From Eledone cirrhosa (lineage: Eukaryota), in the NCBI GenBank assembly GCA_964016885.1, contig OZ024743.1:18290001-18354000 (forward strand): a stretch of 64,000 nucleotides of DNA. Direction: 5' to 3'. The notes beneath the pieces were generated by a model that saw nothing but the letters and a program-made list of their open reading frames with translations, made no database searches and had not been told where the DNA came from. A program made the position numbers and the translations under genes. Shown one piece after another: positions 1 to 11,610 of the stretch (positions within the stretch are counted from its first letter, which is position 1; each line of letters begins with the position of its first letter).

Positions 1-89
1 CAATTGCGATTAGAGAGATTATTAACGAGTGACCTAGTGTTATCTATAGAAGGAATTAGATTTTTTAACCTTCATATCATGTCTTCCTG

Positions 90-156
90 TTTTATCTGAT
101 GAAAACAAAAATATTATTGCATGATGATATTTGTTTTTGAAATGCGCATAATAAAA
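90..156 (+). ncRNA. Type I hammerhead ribozyme (family A)
   Basis: Stem I TTTTAT/ATAAAA, core CTGATGA (96-102), long stem II AAACAAAAATAT..ATATTTGTTTTT, GAAA (139-142), palindromic TGCGCA, then TA. Homologous copies at 40227, 61709 and 62247. Confidence 0.8.
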
Positions 157-299
157 TACATGGTACTCTTTTAACCATCTTTTGTCCTTATATATTATGT
201 ATACTCGAATCCTACAAACTGTAGAGTGCTTCTTATCAGATATATGCATTGCTTTATTGTACTACAATAAAACTCACCTCCTACATATATATATATATA

Positions 300-3200
300 C
301 TAGCAGTGGTACACGACGTTGCACGTGATAAGGTATTTGGGAACGTGGGCCTCCAACAGCCCTAATCGTGGAAAAACTGCATGCCTCGACAATATGTAAA
401 GAGAATAAACCAAATACTCTGATGGCTGGATAATCTTTAAGATTTTCCTCTATGAAGCAGGAAAAATGCAGGTTTTCACCTAATGCGGGCCCTAGGGAGT
501 CAAGAAAATGAATTTCTTTTATGTGCATAACAGGCCTTGAAATTTCGGGAAAATCGGCTAGACGTAACGCCTAAAAAAAGCCCTAAAAAGCTGAAAAATT
601 GAAGTTTTTCACTAGGCCATAACAAGTTTGATTTTCTTTGCTCACGCTATGAAGAATAGAGACTGACTAATACATAGTTACAATTTCAAGGAAATCGATC
701 TGAGGTAACGCATCAAATACCCCTAAAATGCTGAAAAAACGCAGTTTTTCACCTAATGTGGGCCCTAGGGGATCAAAAAGTTGAATTTTTAATGTGCATA
801 ACACTCCCCGAAACATAACGCGGGCCGCAAATAGACCCAATCGTGGAAAAACAGCATGCTGGACAATATGTAAAGAAAATAATCCGAATACTCTGATACA
901 ATTAGTATTAGGTATGCTTCTCCTTCCACGTGGAGAAAATGGGCTTGGTGCTTTTGTACTTTAATAAAATGGCATGAGTCAGCAGGACCGATGTCACCAC
1001 ATATGTCAGAGGGAAGGCTGCAATGCTTGAGCAAGGCTTAACGTGCAATCGGACAGCATGTGGAGCCTTCTCGGCGGAGTCCACCACACCTTAGTAAGTA
1101 AAAACAACTGGACAAACGTTCACCAAACTGTGGGTATAATTTAACAAATTTAAAAAGGATTGGTACAATAAAATGGTCCAGAGGCGTGCGCGCGTTGACT
1201 GGCAGCCCTAAACGAAAGGTTCACCATCAGCTATTTCAAGGGTCCTTAAAAGGGCCGTGTAAGCCGTTCACTGAGATCCCAGTAAGGAGGGGTAACCATC
1301 AACAATTACAAATAAAAAGGGCCATGTGAGCGTTCACTTGTTGCTTTTAATATTGACTTTGACTGCGTTCTCTTACATTTGTAGGAGGGTGTTTCTGTTG
1401 CTTCCACTGGTAGCCGTTAGAATGAATCAGAATGCGTTTGCGGTCCGTTTAATAACCATATATTGGCGCGCCGTGTGCGAAGCGGAAGGTCCATCTCTGA
1501 AGGTAGTCACCTGAAGCCGAGGGAAAACGTATTTCAGGTAATACGCCGTATGACTGGCAACCAGATTTCCTTAAGAAATGTTGATAACGAACCTACTTCG
1601 TCCTTGTGCAAATGCAAGAGGACTCTCCCAGCTGCCTACTCTAGAGCACCAAACGAACAACGATCCGCTTAACGACCTTACATTGCCGTACCAATGTTAA
1701 GGGGTGGGTTCTTAGCTGAAGGGTTCACCATAAACCGTAGAAAAAACGCGTTTCAGTTAGTAGCCCTTATGAATTGCGACCGGATTGGTTAAACAAATGG
1801 CAATAAAAAACCTACCTTCTCGCTGTTGCATTTATAACACCTCGTTGTAAACAATGTTCCTTGTTTCCCTCGTCATGCAAATGCAAATAGCCTCTCCCTG
1901 ATGCCAACTCTAGTGCACCCAACGTACAAAGGTCTGGCCTCAGAAAGAGTCTGACACTGCGACTTGATAATGGACATGGCAAAACTGACGAAGCGGGAAT
2001 TGCAGTCTTCTGAAGGTAAATGGAATTTCGGCTCCCGGGGGAGTAAGAGGAATTCTCGGAATGAAGACATCATCGCCTTTTCCGCACCCAGATGGGAGTG
2101 TTGCCTCGATAACTTGGTCCGTCATTTTCTTTACAGCCAGGCGTGTTCCGTTGCACAGCCTCGGTGGCTCCAAATTCCGCAGCAACATAACAGCAGTCCT
2201 TACTGTAAGGCGTAGCATGTGGGGCCGTATTCCCGGGGGCTGTAAGGAGTTTAGGAATTCTGGTGGAAAGTTCACCACTTCATTTGGATTGGGCATCGTG
2301 TCAACAGACTTGTAGTTGCGAAGAGCACCAGGAAGGGAATCCAGTAGCAGGTTGTTGAAATTGTTACCAGTGGCGTTTTTTGGAGTAGCACTGCTCTTTG
2401 GCACCACAATGCCTGGTCCTGGAAATGGTGTTGCAAATTCGGAAACACTTTGTCTTCGAGCTCTGCCGAAGAATTAACAGAAGTCGCAAATGGCCACACT
2501 TCCAGCTCACCTTCAGCGTCAAGAGGCATTTTGCCGTCGCCAAGCTTCAGAATGTCCCGTGCAAAGTGAGCGGACGTTTGGCCACCGTGCAATTGAGCCC
2601 TCATGTTTGTTGTAAGAATCAGTTTCCTGACATGGCGCCATAGGGTAGATAACTTCAGACATGCTTGAACCTCGTCAGCTCGTGTACCTTTGGGAATTAT
2701 AGGGATAGTCTGCCCGAAGTCGCCCGAAAGCAGAAGCGTAACACCTCCCAACGGATCCTTGCAGCCTCTGATATCCTAGAGGTGTGAGCTCAATGAGTCA
2801 AGAGCTCCTTTGAGCGGCATGCTGCACTCATCGTAGATAATGAGTTGACACCGTTTCAGCTGATGCTGCAAGTGAGTGTTTCTGACTTTGTTAATTTGAG
2901 GGGCAATTTAAAAGTGGAGTGTGCAGTCCTGCCATTGGGCAGCATAGTTACAGCAATCCCCGAAGAGGCCACAGCAGCCGCAATGTCATTTTGCATCCTG
3001 ACTTTTGCAAGGAGAAGCCTTATTAAAAATGTTTTGCCCGTCCCCCAGGAGCATCCAGAAAGAACATACCTCCTTTTCTTTGGCGCACATGGTCAGCAAC
3101 AATGGTGTAAACACGACGTTGATCTGGAAGAAGTTGTGGTTCAGTTTCACGGACGCACTTGGCAAGGTCATCGACGTCGTAGGATGTTTCCCGAAGAAGA

Positions 3201-4500
3201 GCCGTAGGAAGTACCTTTGACCCGGTACGGAGCGCTTGGGACAGACCCTAAGACGGCAAATAATTTCTACCGAGTGATGCAACTCTGTCCCCAATGTCAA
3301 TCAAAACACAATTGAAGAGCTCATCGTGTGCATCGTTCTATTTGAAGGTATTGCAGTTGCGCTTGGCGTGTGTAGTCCTCGGATAAGTCTTCCTTGAAAT
3401 GCAGCCTCAAAGACATAGATTTTCTTAGTTTCCAAGTTTGCAGCATTACTGCAAATGGAGCTCGTAAACGCATAGGCGATTGAAATGCAACGGCTTCGAA
3501 CAAAGTCGCTTCCCACTGCGCACCGTCTTCCAGCAGGTCACAATTGAAGCAAGCTTCTTTGTAAGTGCTGCACACGCAGCCCTCACAAGTTCGGAGGTCG
3601 TGAAAAGATGTGGGTCCTCTTACCTCGTACAACTGAAGGCGGGATGTCCTTCAACACGTTGACCTGCCTTTCTGCGCACCCATTGTTGTTTATTCCATGT
3701 GTAGTATGACGGCACCTGGCGGTAAAGCAGAGTCTGTGCAAAAGAGTCGGTGCGACACAGTTTCAAGAATCCAGTGAGAACTGTTTCTCGTGGGCCCTCC
3801 ACCATCTGGGCAGCATTAGCGTAGGTGAAGTACAACCTTTGAACTTTCAAGCGAGCTGTACAGTAGCAGGGTACCTTTGGTGTATTGGGAAGCTAAATAT
3901 TCGCCAGAAAGCCTCGTTGCTAGTTATGTAACGGCCAACTTGGTTTTGCGAGACCTCATCACGGCTGCTGTCCTTCTGTAGACCGAACATAGCAGGGTCT
4001 GAACCCTTATTGACGTAGTTACAGATGTACTTGATGGACTTGACGGAGCTACAGAATTCCACGTTGATGTGGCACCGAAGATCTTCGAAAGAAGTGGACA
4101 GTAGAGCACTATTCATCGATTGACAACCTCGTGCTGTCTAACTGTCTCTGGGCTGCCGTCGTCTGTAAAATGGGTATCCGTCCACACCAGTTGGGGCTTC
4201 TTTAAGGAACTGTTGGGGAAACCTTTTGGTGCAGACACTGTTGTTCAGACAAGGTGAGCTCAAATTGAAAACATGCCCACATGGACCATGGATCATGTTT
4301 GCCTTCACTATTTCGTACAGGTCTTTCTCCGCAGACGGATCGGGAAGCTCAACGGAGATGACCTTGTCAATGTCGTTTGGAGATATTCTGGCGGACAGCC
4401 AGATGAGGATATGGCCTTGCGGTAGGCACCTCTTCTGCCACTCGACGGTGTACATGTCGCATATAAATTGTCCGAAGACTTGTCCTCTCTTTAAAGGTCA
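300..4500 (-). mobile_element. Degenerate autonomous-type Helitron (RepHel), 5'-truncated
   Basis: Minus-strand 3' end is a hairpin (CACGTGCAACGTCGTG, 312-327) followed by ACTG-CTAG (300-303) and T. Rep HUH-like motif YTVEWQKRCLPQGHILIWL, HINVEFCSSVKSIKYICNYVNKG, and Pif1 helicase motifs LLLSGDFGQTIPIIPKG, LLRNLEPPRLCNGTRL, FRRLQFPLR. Confidence 0.93.
1830..4490 (-). pseudogene. Helitron Rep/Pif1-helicase pseudogene (many frameshifts and stops)
   Basis: Collinear ORF fragments 4138-4455, 3847-4116, 3620-3850, 3321-3632, 2272-2751, 1940-2407 and 1873-2073. Confidence 0.92.
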
Positions 4501-4504
4501 ATGA

Positions 4505-6900
4505 TACGATTGTGGGCTGCACTGTAAAAAGGTGTAGGTATTAACGCCTACGTGCTTCAGATGAAAACTGGAGAGAGAAACTGTGTGCGCTTACCAAATG
4601 TCTGTTGAATGAGTGGTAGATATGGCCTTCAGCAGGAATGCAGAGAAACTGTAATCTAGTTTTTTTCCTGGGATGAGATCAACGCTAAAGCTTACAGGAT
4701 TATTCCCGGACTCGGCATAGAGGATAGAACGGCCCCATACCAACCAAGGGAGCCGAGGATTACCTTTAAAGGTCACAAGCTAAACTTTAGTCTAATAGCC
4801 CCCTCCAGATCAGACCTAGGGATCTTCAGTAAAAGCATACTAGATATGATTTTCCCCAAGCTTCGGAAAAAAACTAGATTACAGCAAGGGTCATGCACGG
4901 GAGAGGTAATAGAATGGTTTAAGAAAATACCTGAGAAAAGTAGGACCAGCTTATCCAACTCGATATTGCAGGCTACTAATCCTCAATATCGCACATAGTG
5001 CTTATCTTTGCGATGTCCAATACGAACCTAACACGCGAGGAGGTGGGCATCATCCACGCCGCCCGAAAGACCTTGATCCGTTTCGGTGAGACCTTTGGAC
5101 CAGGAGTGATTGGTTAAATAACTTTGACATCACGATGGGCTCCAGCGACTCCGCACAGGTAACGGACCTGGTTGGGCTCTTCTTGCTGAAGCAGATGAAA
5201 GAAGAAATCCCCTGCTTGGAAGGCGGATTATATCGTGAAGATACTCTCTTCACAGTCTATGACCACATCACCACTCTGGTGGAGAGAATGAAGAGGCGAA
5301 TTGGGCATTTCTTTAAGAACCATGGGCTCAGTATCGAACTAGACACAAATAAAAAGGTAGTTAACTTCCTAGACACCACCCTACACCTGAACACCGAGCA
5401 ATACTACCCCTATCACAAGCCCAACGAGAAACTGGTATATGTTAACGCCAAGTCAAAGCACTCTAGATCCATAATTAAGGCCGTAGTGAAGAGTGTATCG
5501 GACAGGATCTCCAACCTGTTCGCCAATAGGGAGATCTTTGATAGCAACGCAGAATATTACATCGCAGCTCTAAATAAGGCGGCGTATGGCCAAAATATGT
5601 CGTATAATCCGAGGCGCCATGATGGAGATAGCCCATCGGACACCCCGACCCACGGTATCCGGGAGGGGGTGAACCTAACAGTACAGGCAGAGTGGAAACA
5701 ACTAAACACCATGAACCCGACACCACCACATTCGCGAAGGGGACGCGAACGCATAACCATGGGAGGAAACCCAGTACAAGTAGCAGTCTCAGGGGTGATA
5801 ATAACCACCCCGGGCTCGACGCCCCCAACCGCAAGACAAGAAGCGGGACTGATGGAGGACCATGCCACTCTAGAACTTCCAGCGTGGGCAACAACCACCC
5901 CACAGATACGTGCCGGGAAGTTAGCAAAACACATAGCGCGCAAGGGGGAAGAAGCAATGCGGGAGGTACTAGCAACCCGACAACTCCCCAACAACCCACG
6001 GACGGCATTGTCATCCCACCTACATAGGAGAAGACGCAGAAAATCCCGTGGTACAACCCATCCTATTCAGCGGCCCTAACGTAGAGCATGGCCCGTTCAT
6101 TCATTTGGGCACTAGATAAATGCTACCCGAGAGACCATAGATACCATAAGATCTTCAACAGACACACTATGAAACTCTCGTATTCTACCACGCGAAATGT
6201 GGCCATAGCAAGCATCAATAGGGGTAGACTTACAAACAACACACAACCAGAAGCTGGCAATATAAAGACCCAGCAGAACCATGTGGAGGGAAGAAGAGTG
6301 GACCTAGTACCCACCCTGGAAATCCAAACAGACCCAGAGACCCCCACCAGGCCTGGGGGAGGATCACCACATAATATGCAACGGGAACCCCACATTAGGC
6401 ACTAGGGTGTCGACCATCTCCTGCAACTGCTGAAACCCCGCATTATGCCCCCTAAATAAGGAATACCTAAGGAAGAACTTAATATACGGATGTAGAGTAA
6501 AAACTCCCAACTCTGAACACCTTCACATAGGAGCCACATGATCGAGCTTTAAAGACCGATGGTATAACCATCGCTATTCCTTTAATAAGGAGGACAAATG
6601 GAAAAGTACGGCTCTTTCCGAACTGATCTTGAAGCTCAAACTGGACAGGATCCCGTACTGTCTGTCCTGGTCCAAAATCAGGAAAGTGCCACCTGATAAA
6701 GGGGGATCTGTCATCTGCAAACTATCTCTGAGCGATACCGTCGAGATACTCAGCGGTGGAAGCAGCCTAAGAAACCTCAAGACTGACTTCTTAGGGACAT
6801 GTAGACAGCTCAGGGCCGAGACCTTCCTCTAGCTATATGGACAATACCAACACATTGGGATGGGAACTTCCCTCAAGCTATAGGGACATTAGACCCGCCA
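4505..6900 (+). mobile_element. Penelope-like retroelement (RT plus C-terminal GIY-YIG), degenerate
   Basis: ORF 5135-6079 has TMGSSDSAQVTDLVG, GGLYREDTL and VVNFLDTTLHL..YYPYHKPN. 6088-6405 has HRYHKIFNRHTMKLSYST. CNCxNPxxCPL at about 6422, then endonuclease motifs to 6832. Confidence 0.9.
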
Positions 6901-7942
6901 AACCGAGCCCACGGTAAATCAACCTCTACACAATCACAACCCCTATCCCTGCCTCGATCGACTCCTATGGCAACACATACTTATGCATACGTCCATACAT
7001 AGATATTGTTTTTTCAGATTGTGCATACAATGATACTTACATGTGTGTGTGTATGTGCATGTGTGTGTGTATGTATGTATATACATATATATATATATAT
7101 ATATGGATGTGTGTGTGAGTGAGCGTGTGTATGTGTGTATATAGGTATACATACGGGATGCACCTGAGCATGTGTTTGTCCGTGTGTGCTTGCACCGATG
7201 TGCGTTGACATACGCGCATATGTACTTTATGCCGAAATAAGAACTGTAGTCCTCTGCATTTCCGGATTTTGACACTCAGGTTCTCGTGTTTACTCTCCAC
7301 TCTTGTCTCATTTGCTCTTAAAAAGCACCACCCCATGATAGTGTAAGTATTGTAAACCTTTACGCTTCTCGATTCTGACACCAATCCTTTCTCATTCAGT
7401 CAATATTTTCCAAATCTTTCAAACTTTGATATTGGTTGTAACACTCACGCATTTTATTTTATGTTATTCTTTTTTTTTTATTTCTTCTTTTTATTTTCTC
7501 TCATATTTTTATTTCTTCATTTTATTTTTCATATTGTTTTATCTGTTTGCCAACCCCAACACGTGAAATGGTGGCAGGATAGATGCCAACCCACACACAA
7601 ATTCTTCTGAACATAGCAGCATCGAACGAGAGCGGACCTGCCAGGTGACCCCTTAATACAACTACCACTACCAACACAATGGAGGAGGTCAGCCCTACTT
7701 AACAAAAACAACCACAACAGATTGTCTTGCCTCTCAAAGATTTCTATAGTGTTTTCACTGAGGAATGTTCTCACAACTGACCAATGGGAGGAGAGAGTGT
7801 CCTATGACGCCGAATTTCGTTTGTTTCATGAGAATCCAGTTCCTCAGAGAAATAACAACCCAACCAGGAGCGGGACGTACCAGTATTGATGGAGTAAAAC
7901 ATGTCAACAACATATGTACCTGTCTCTACCACACCAATTCGG

Positions 7943-7997
7943 ACTGCCTGGAGAGGTCACAGCCAAAGATGGCTGTCACCGAAATATATATAGCAGT
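7943..7997 (+). ncRNA. Hammerhead ribozyme motif (family B), core CTGGAGA with one mismatch
   Basis: Stem I ACTGC/GCAGT, stem II GGTCACAGCCA/TGGCTGTCACC, GAAA-TATATA-TA. Homologue at 39976 has a covarying stem II. Confidence 0.7.
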
Positions 7998-8157
7998 ACA
8001 TCTTTAATAAATGAAGCCAAATTTTAAATATTTGACTTAATTATTTTACATTATACCGGAATAACCAAACCAACCTGCCAACTTCGTCGAGTGCTCCAGT
8101 CTGCATACTGAGGTGTCGGTAAACAACCAACATATACTCGAAATGTATATATGTATG

Positions 8158-8246
<89 letters not shown>

Positions 8247-8324
8247 GTTTATAGGTATGTATATATATATGTATGTACATATGTATGTGTTTGCGTGAGT
8301 TGTATATATGTGTGTATATATGTA

Positions 8325-8360
<36 letters not shown>

Positions 8361-8774
8361 CACCATTTTTTTTATTTTAATTCTTTATTTTTCTTGTTTT
8401 TGTCAACCCCTGTACTTTAGATACGTCGGGTGGGCGTGCAAACGTATTCTTATTTTTATTTGTATTTTCATTTTTAATTTGATTTTTTACATTTTTCTTT
8501 GTAGCCTGCTTAATCAGCCACTGAACTCTATCGACGTCAATATACGTGGGTGTATGGTATATTGTATATGTGTTTATGTGTGTGTGTGTATGTATTCATG
8601 TACATGTGTGCGTGCGTGTTTGTACATATATATATATATATGCAGATGTTATATCTAATTTGTTGGGATTCCAACAAACTTAAAAGTGTATAACTGATAT
8701 ATAGCACTCAACAGTTAACTGGAGTAAATATTCAATATATTAATAAATGGAAACTATATTTATAAAACCATAAT

Positions 8775-8839
8775 TATTTTATTATACATATTTCAAGGGC
8801 GACCAAGGCAATATTGGTGCGCTTTCATCAGATAAAATA
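8775..8839 (-). ncRNA. Type I hammerhead ribozyme (family C)
   Basis: Minus strand reads TATTTTAT-CTGATGA-AAGCGCACCAA..TTGGTCGCCCTT-GAAA-TATGTA-TA-ATAAAATA. Confidence 0.8.
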
Positions 8840-9239
8840 CGAAATGTGTTTCATAAATAGTGACATAACCGTGGAAACCAACCTTGACGGTTGATAATTC
8901 GCTGGATAGTGAAACATTTTATTGAGGGTAATTCAAAGTTCTGTGTGAATATGCAAATGAATGTCCGACAAAATGGAAAAAAACACACGTTTATTTAAAT
9001 TACGCTGTGGGAAGAAGACAGAGAAAAAATAATAGAGAGATAAGAAAAGAACATATTAGTATATGTAGAAATAGAGTGAAGAAATAGCAAAGAAAGAAGC
9101 TTATCTGTGGATGAGTTCATATAACGTAATAAGTCTTATGTTTATGTTACATATTTATGTTACGTATATTTACTAATAATTGTTAGAATTCTATTATAAT
9201 AAATATTTATTTACTATTATAAGTATATACAACATTAGA

Positions 9240-9375
9240 TATATAGAAAAAATAAAGATATATTAAAAATAAAGATATATTAAAATATATTAAGATATAT
9301 TAAAAATAAAGATATATTAAAATATATTAAGATATATTAAAATATATTAAAATATATTAAAATATATTAAAAATA
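9240..9375. repeat. AT-rich short tandem repeat (AAAATAAAGATATATT / AAAATATATT units)
   Basis: Visible 10-19 bp units inside a very AT-rich tract (about 9130-10400). Confidence 0.7.
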
Positions 9376-10862
9376 GATTTTAAATAAATATGAAGTAGAA
9401 GCATGGGATAAAATATAAATATAAAGATAGATATAAGGATAGATATTTGAGTGGATAGATGGGTATATAATGTTATAGATGATAAATTATGAGGGATACT
9501 AGTTTATATTTAGTGTAAGTATTTAAATTAAATTAAATTAAATTAACTGAGTTAATAAGATTACTTATATGTTTATAATGTTTTACAATGGAAAAATATG
9601 AAAATCCCAGTTTTGTTTATTTATTAGTTATTATGAGAACATTTTGACAAAGGTATGTTTAAAAGTATATTTATAACTCTACTATTAAATAAGTCTAATA
9701 TTAAATAATTACAAATAATAAAAAAATTAAAAATTATTAAAAGTAACTGAAAATACTAAAACTATTTAAAAATTAAGACTATAAAATAGTATTAATTCTA
9801 GACAAAATTCTTGAAAATTCCTGGAAAACCTTTCCAAGAGATTTTTAAAAGATCTCAAAAAGACTCAGAAGGAACTCAAAAACCTTGTAAAAACATTTAA
9901 GAGTGTTTAAAATTGATTAAAAACCTAAAATTATTCAGGAAATATAACTAAAAACCTAAAATTATTCAAAAAATAAAAAGAAATATTAGGAAATATTTTT
10001 AAATATTTTTAAATATTAGAAAAATACTAAAAGATATATTAAAAATATTAAGCTGACCCAAAAAATAATTTTGGGGGAAATAAGTATTTAAAAAAAAAAA
10101 ATGGTAAGTATTTTTTTCTAAAATGATTATGAGATATTTTGGATGTAAGATAAATAAAGATATTTAAGAAGTAGAAATATTAAAAAGTAAAGATTTAATA
10201 AGTAAATTATATATATTTAAGAAGTAAAATATATAAAAAATTTGAATTACATTAAATTTAAATTTAAAGATTTAGAATTTAAGAACATATATGATTGTAA
10301 TTTAAGAAATGAGATTATAGGTGTTTGGATAAAGTAAATATTATGTAGAGAAGATTAAACGTGTAATTATATTTTATATATAAATTTAAATGTTGAGTTT
10401 TGGCGATGTTTACAAGAACTAAATAAATTGTTACGTAAATTAATGGAGTTCTTACATTTAAGTATGAAGAAAATTTCCTCAATACACAAATTGCAAAATT
10501 TCGATAAAGCTGTGTTACTGTAAGCGGGTGCTTATATATATTTATAGATATTTATAATGTATATATTTGTAATATATATATTTATAGATATGTGTAATGT
10601 GCATGTGTAAGTATGTGTAAGCATGTGTACGTGTACGTGTATATGTGTGTATATATATGTGTATATATGGTTTATATGTATGAATGTGTACATGTACGCA
10701 TGTGTAAGTGTGTGACTATAATTGTATGCGTGGTAATGTGCTTATATATGTATGTGTATAATCTTTATATATATATATACATTTATTATTTTCCACTTTA
10801 TCTTACGTCCGTTATTCTATTTCAGCCTCGCTTTCAATTGTTCTAGACTTTGTTTTGAATAA

Positions 10863-10938
10863 ATTTTCATTCTGACGAACCATTTCAGACGTCTGTTTCA
10901 AGCTCGTCTGTCTTCGTGAAACTTTTGGTAAATAAAAT
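10863..10938 (+). ncRNA. Possible hammerhead ribozyme
   Basis: CTGACGA (10872-10878), inner helix CAGACG/CGTCTG, GAAA-CTTTTGG-TA, bulged stem I ATTTTCATT/AATAAAAT. Single copy. Confidence 0.45.
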
Positions 10939-11022
10939 AGTTGTCTTATGTTGAATATTACATAACTAAAAATATCTGTAGTCTGCATAGAACACTCTCC
11001 TTTCTTTTAACCTTCCTACGGA

Positions 11023-11072
<50 letters not shown>

Positions 11073-11569
11073 CCTCATTGCGTGTGAACTGCCACATCAC
11101 GTTGATCGTTAGAAAGCGCATACAGTTTCCTTATACGAAAGCGACCTGTGATTCTACATATGATAATTCTGGCAAATGCATTCCAGTATTTCATACATAT
11201 TAATATAACAAATGAATACTTAACATAAACCCTTTTTTAAATTAAAGAGAGCACATTTGTATTGAATGCGTGCAAAAGTAGCAATGTATTGCATTCGAGG
11301 ATGTGTCTAATACGCTAATCATATGTTTGACTCACATGGTGATATATATATATATATAGAATGATTAGGTATCAAGAGAGAGAAGAAAACGGAAAGATAG
11401 GCGATACATATATTTAGTTGTCAATGGTTTATGCATATGTGCTCAATATTCGTGCCTACAGGGTTAAATATTAGAGGCGTCAATATTTAGTGGACGAGAA
11501 AAAAAATAATAAGCAGAGCGATTATAAAGGAAATAAATACAAAGAGTTTAAAACCGTTATATAATAGTT

Positions 11570-11610
11570 CGCCTACGTACGTTTCGCTCTGAATGGGCTT
11601 ATCAAGGGCA
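11570..11610 (-). ncRNA. Hammerhead ribozyme, U3:A8 core variant (family D)
   Basis: Minus strand reads TGCCC-TTGATAA-GCCCATTCAGAGC-GAAA-CGTACG-TA-GGCG, in the PLE 3' pseudo-LTR. Confidence 0.7.

Noticed and set aside
6430-6432. In-frame TGA in the PLE CNC*NP motif as possible selenocysteine
   Set aside because: It aligns to Arg in the other copies (CNCR), so CGA-to-TGA decay is the simpler explanation.
6943-8658. ORFs rich in YI/HT/CV repeats (also at 18-20, 30, 33-34, 39, 44, 47 and 54-59 kb)
   Set aside because: They are translations of (TA)n/(CA)n microsatellites, not genes.
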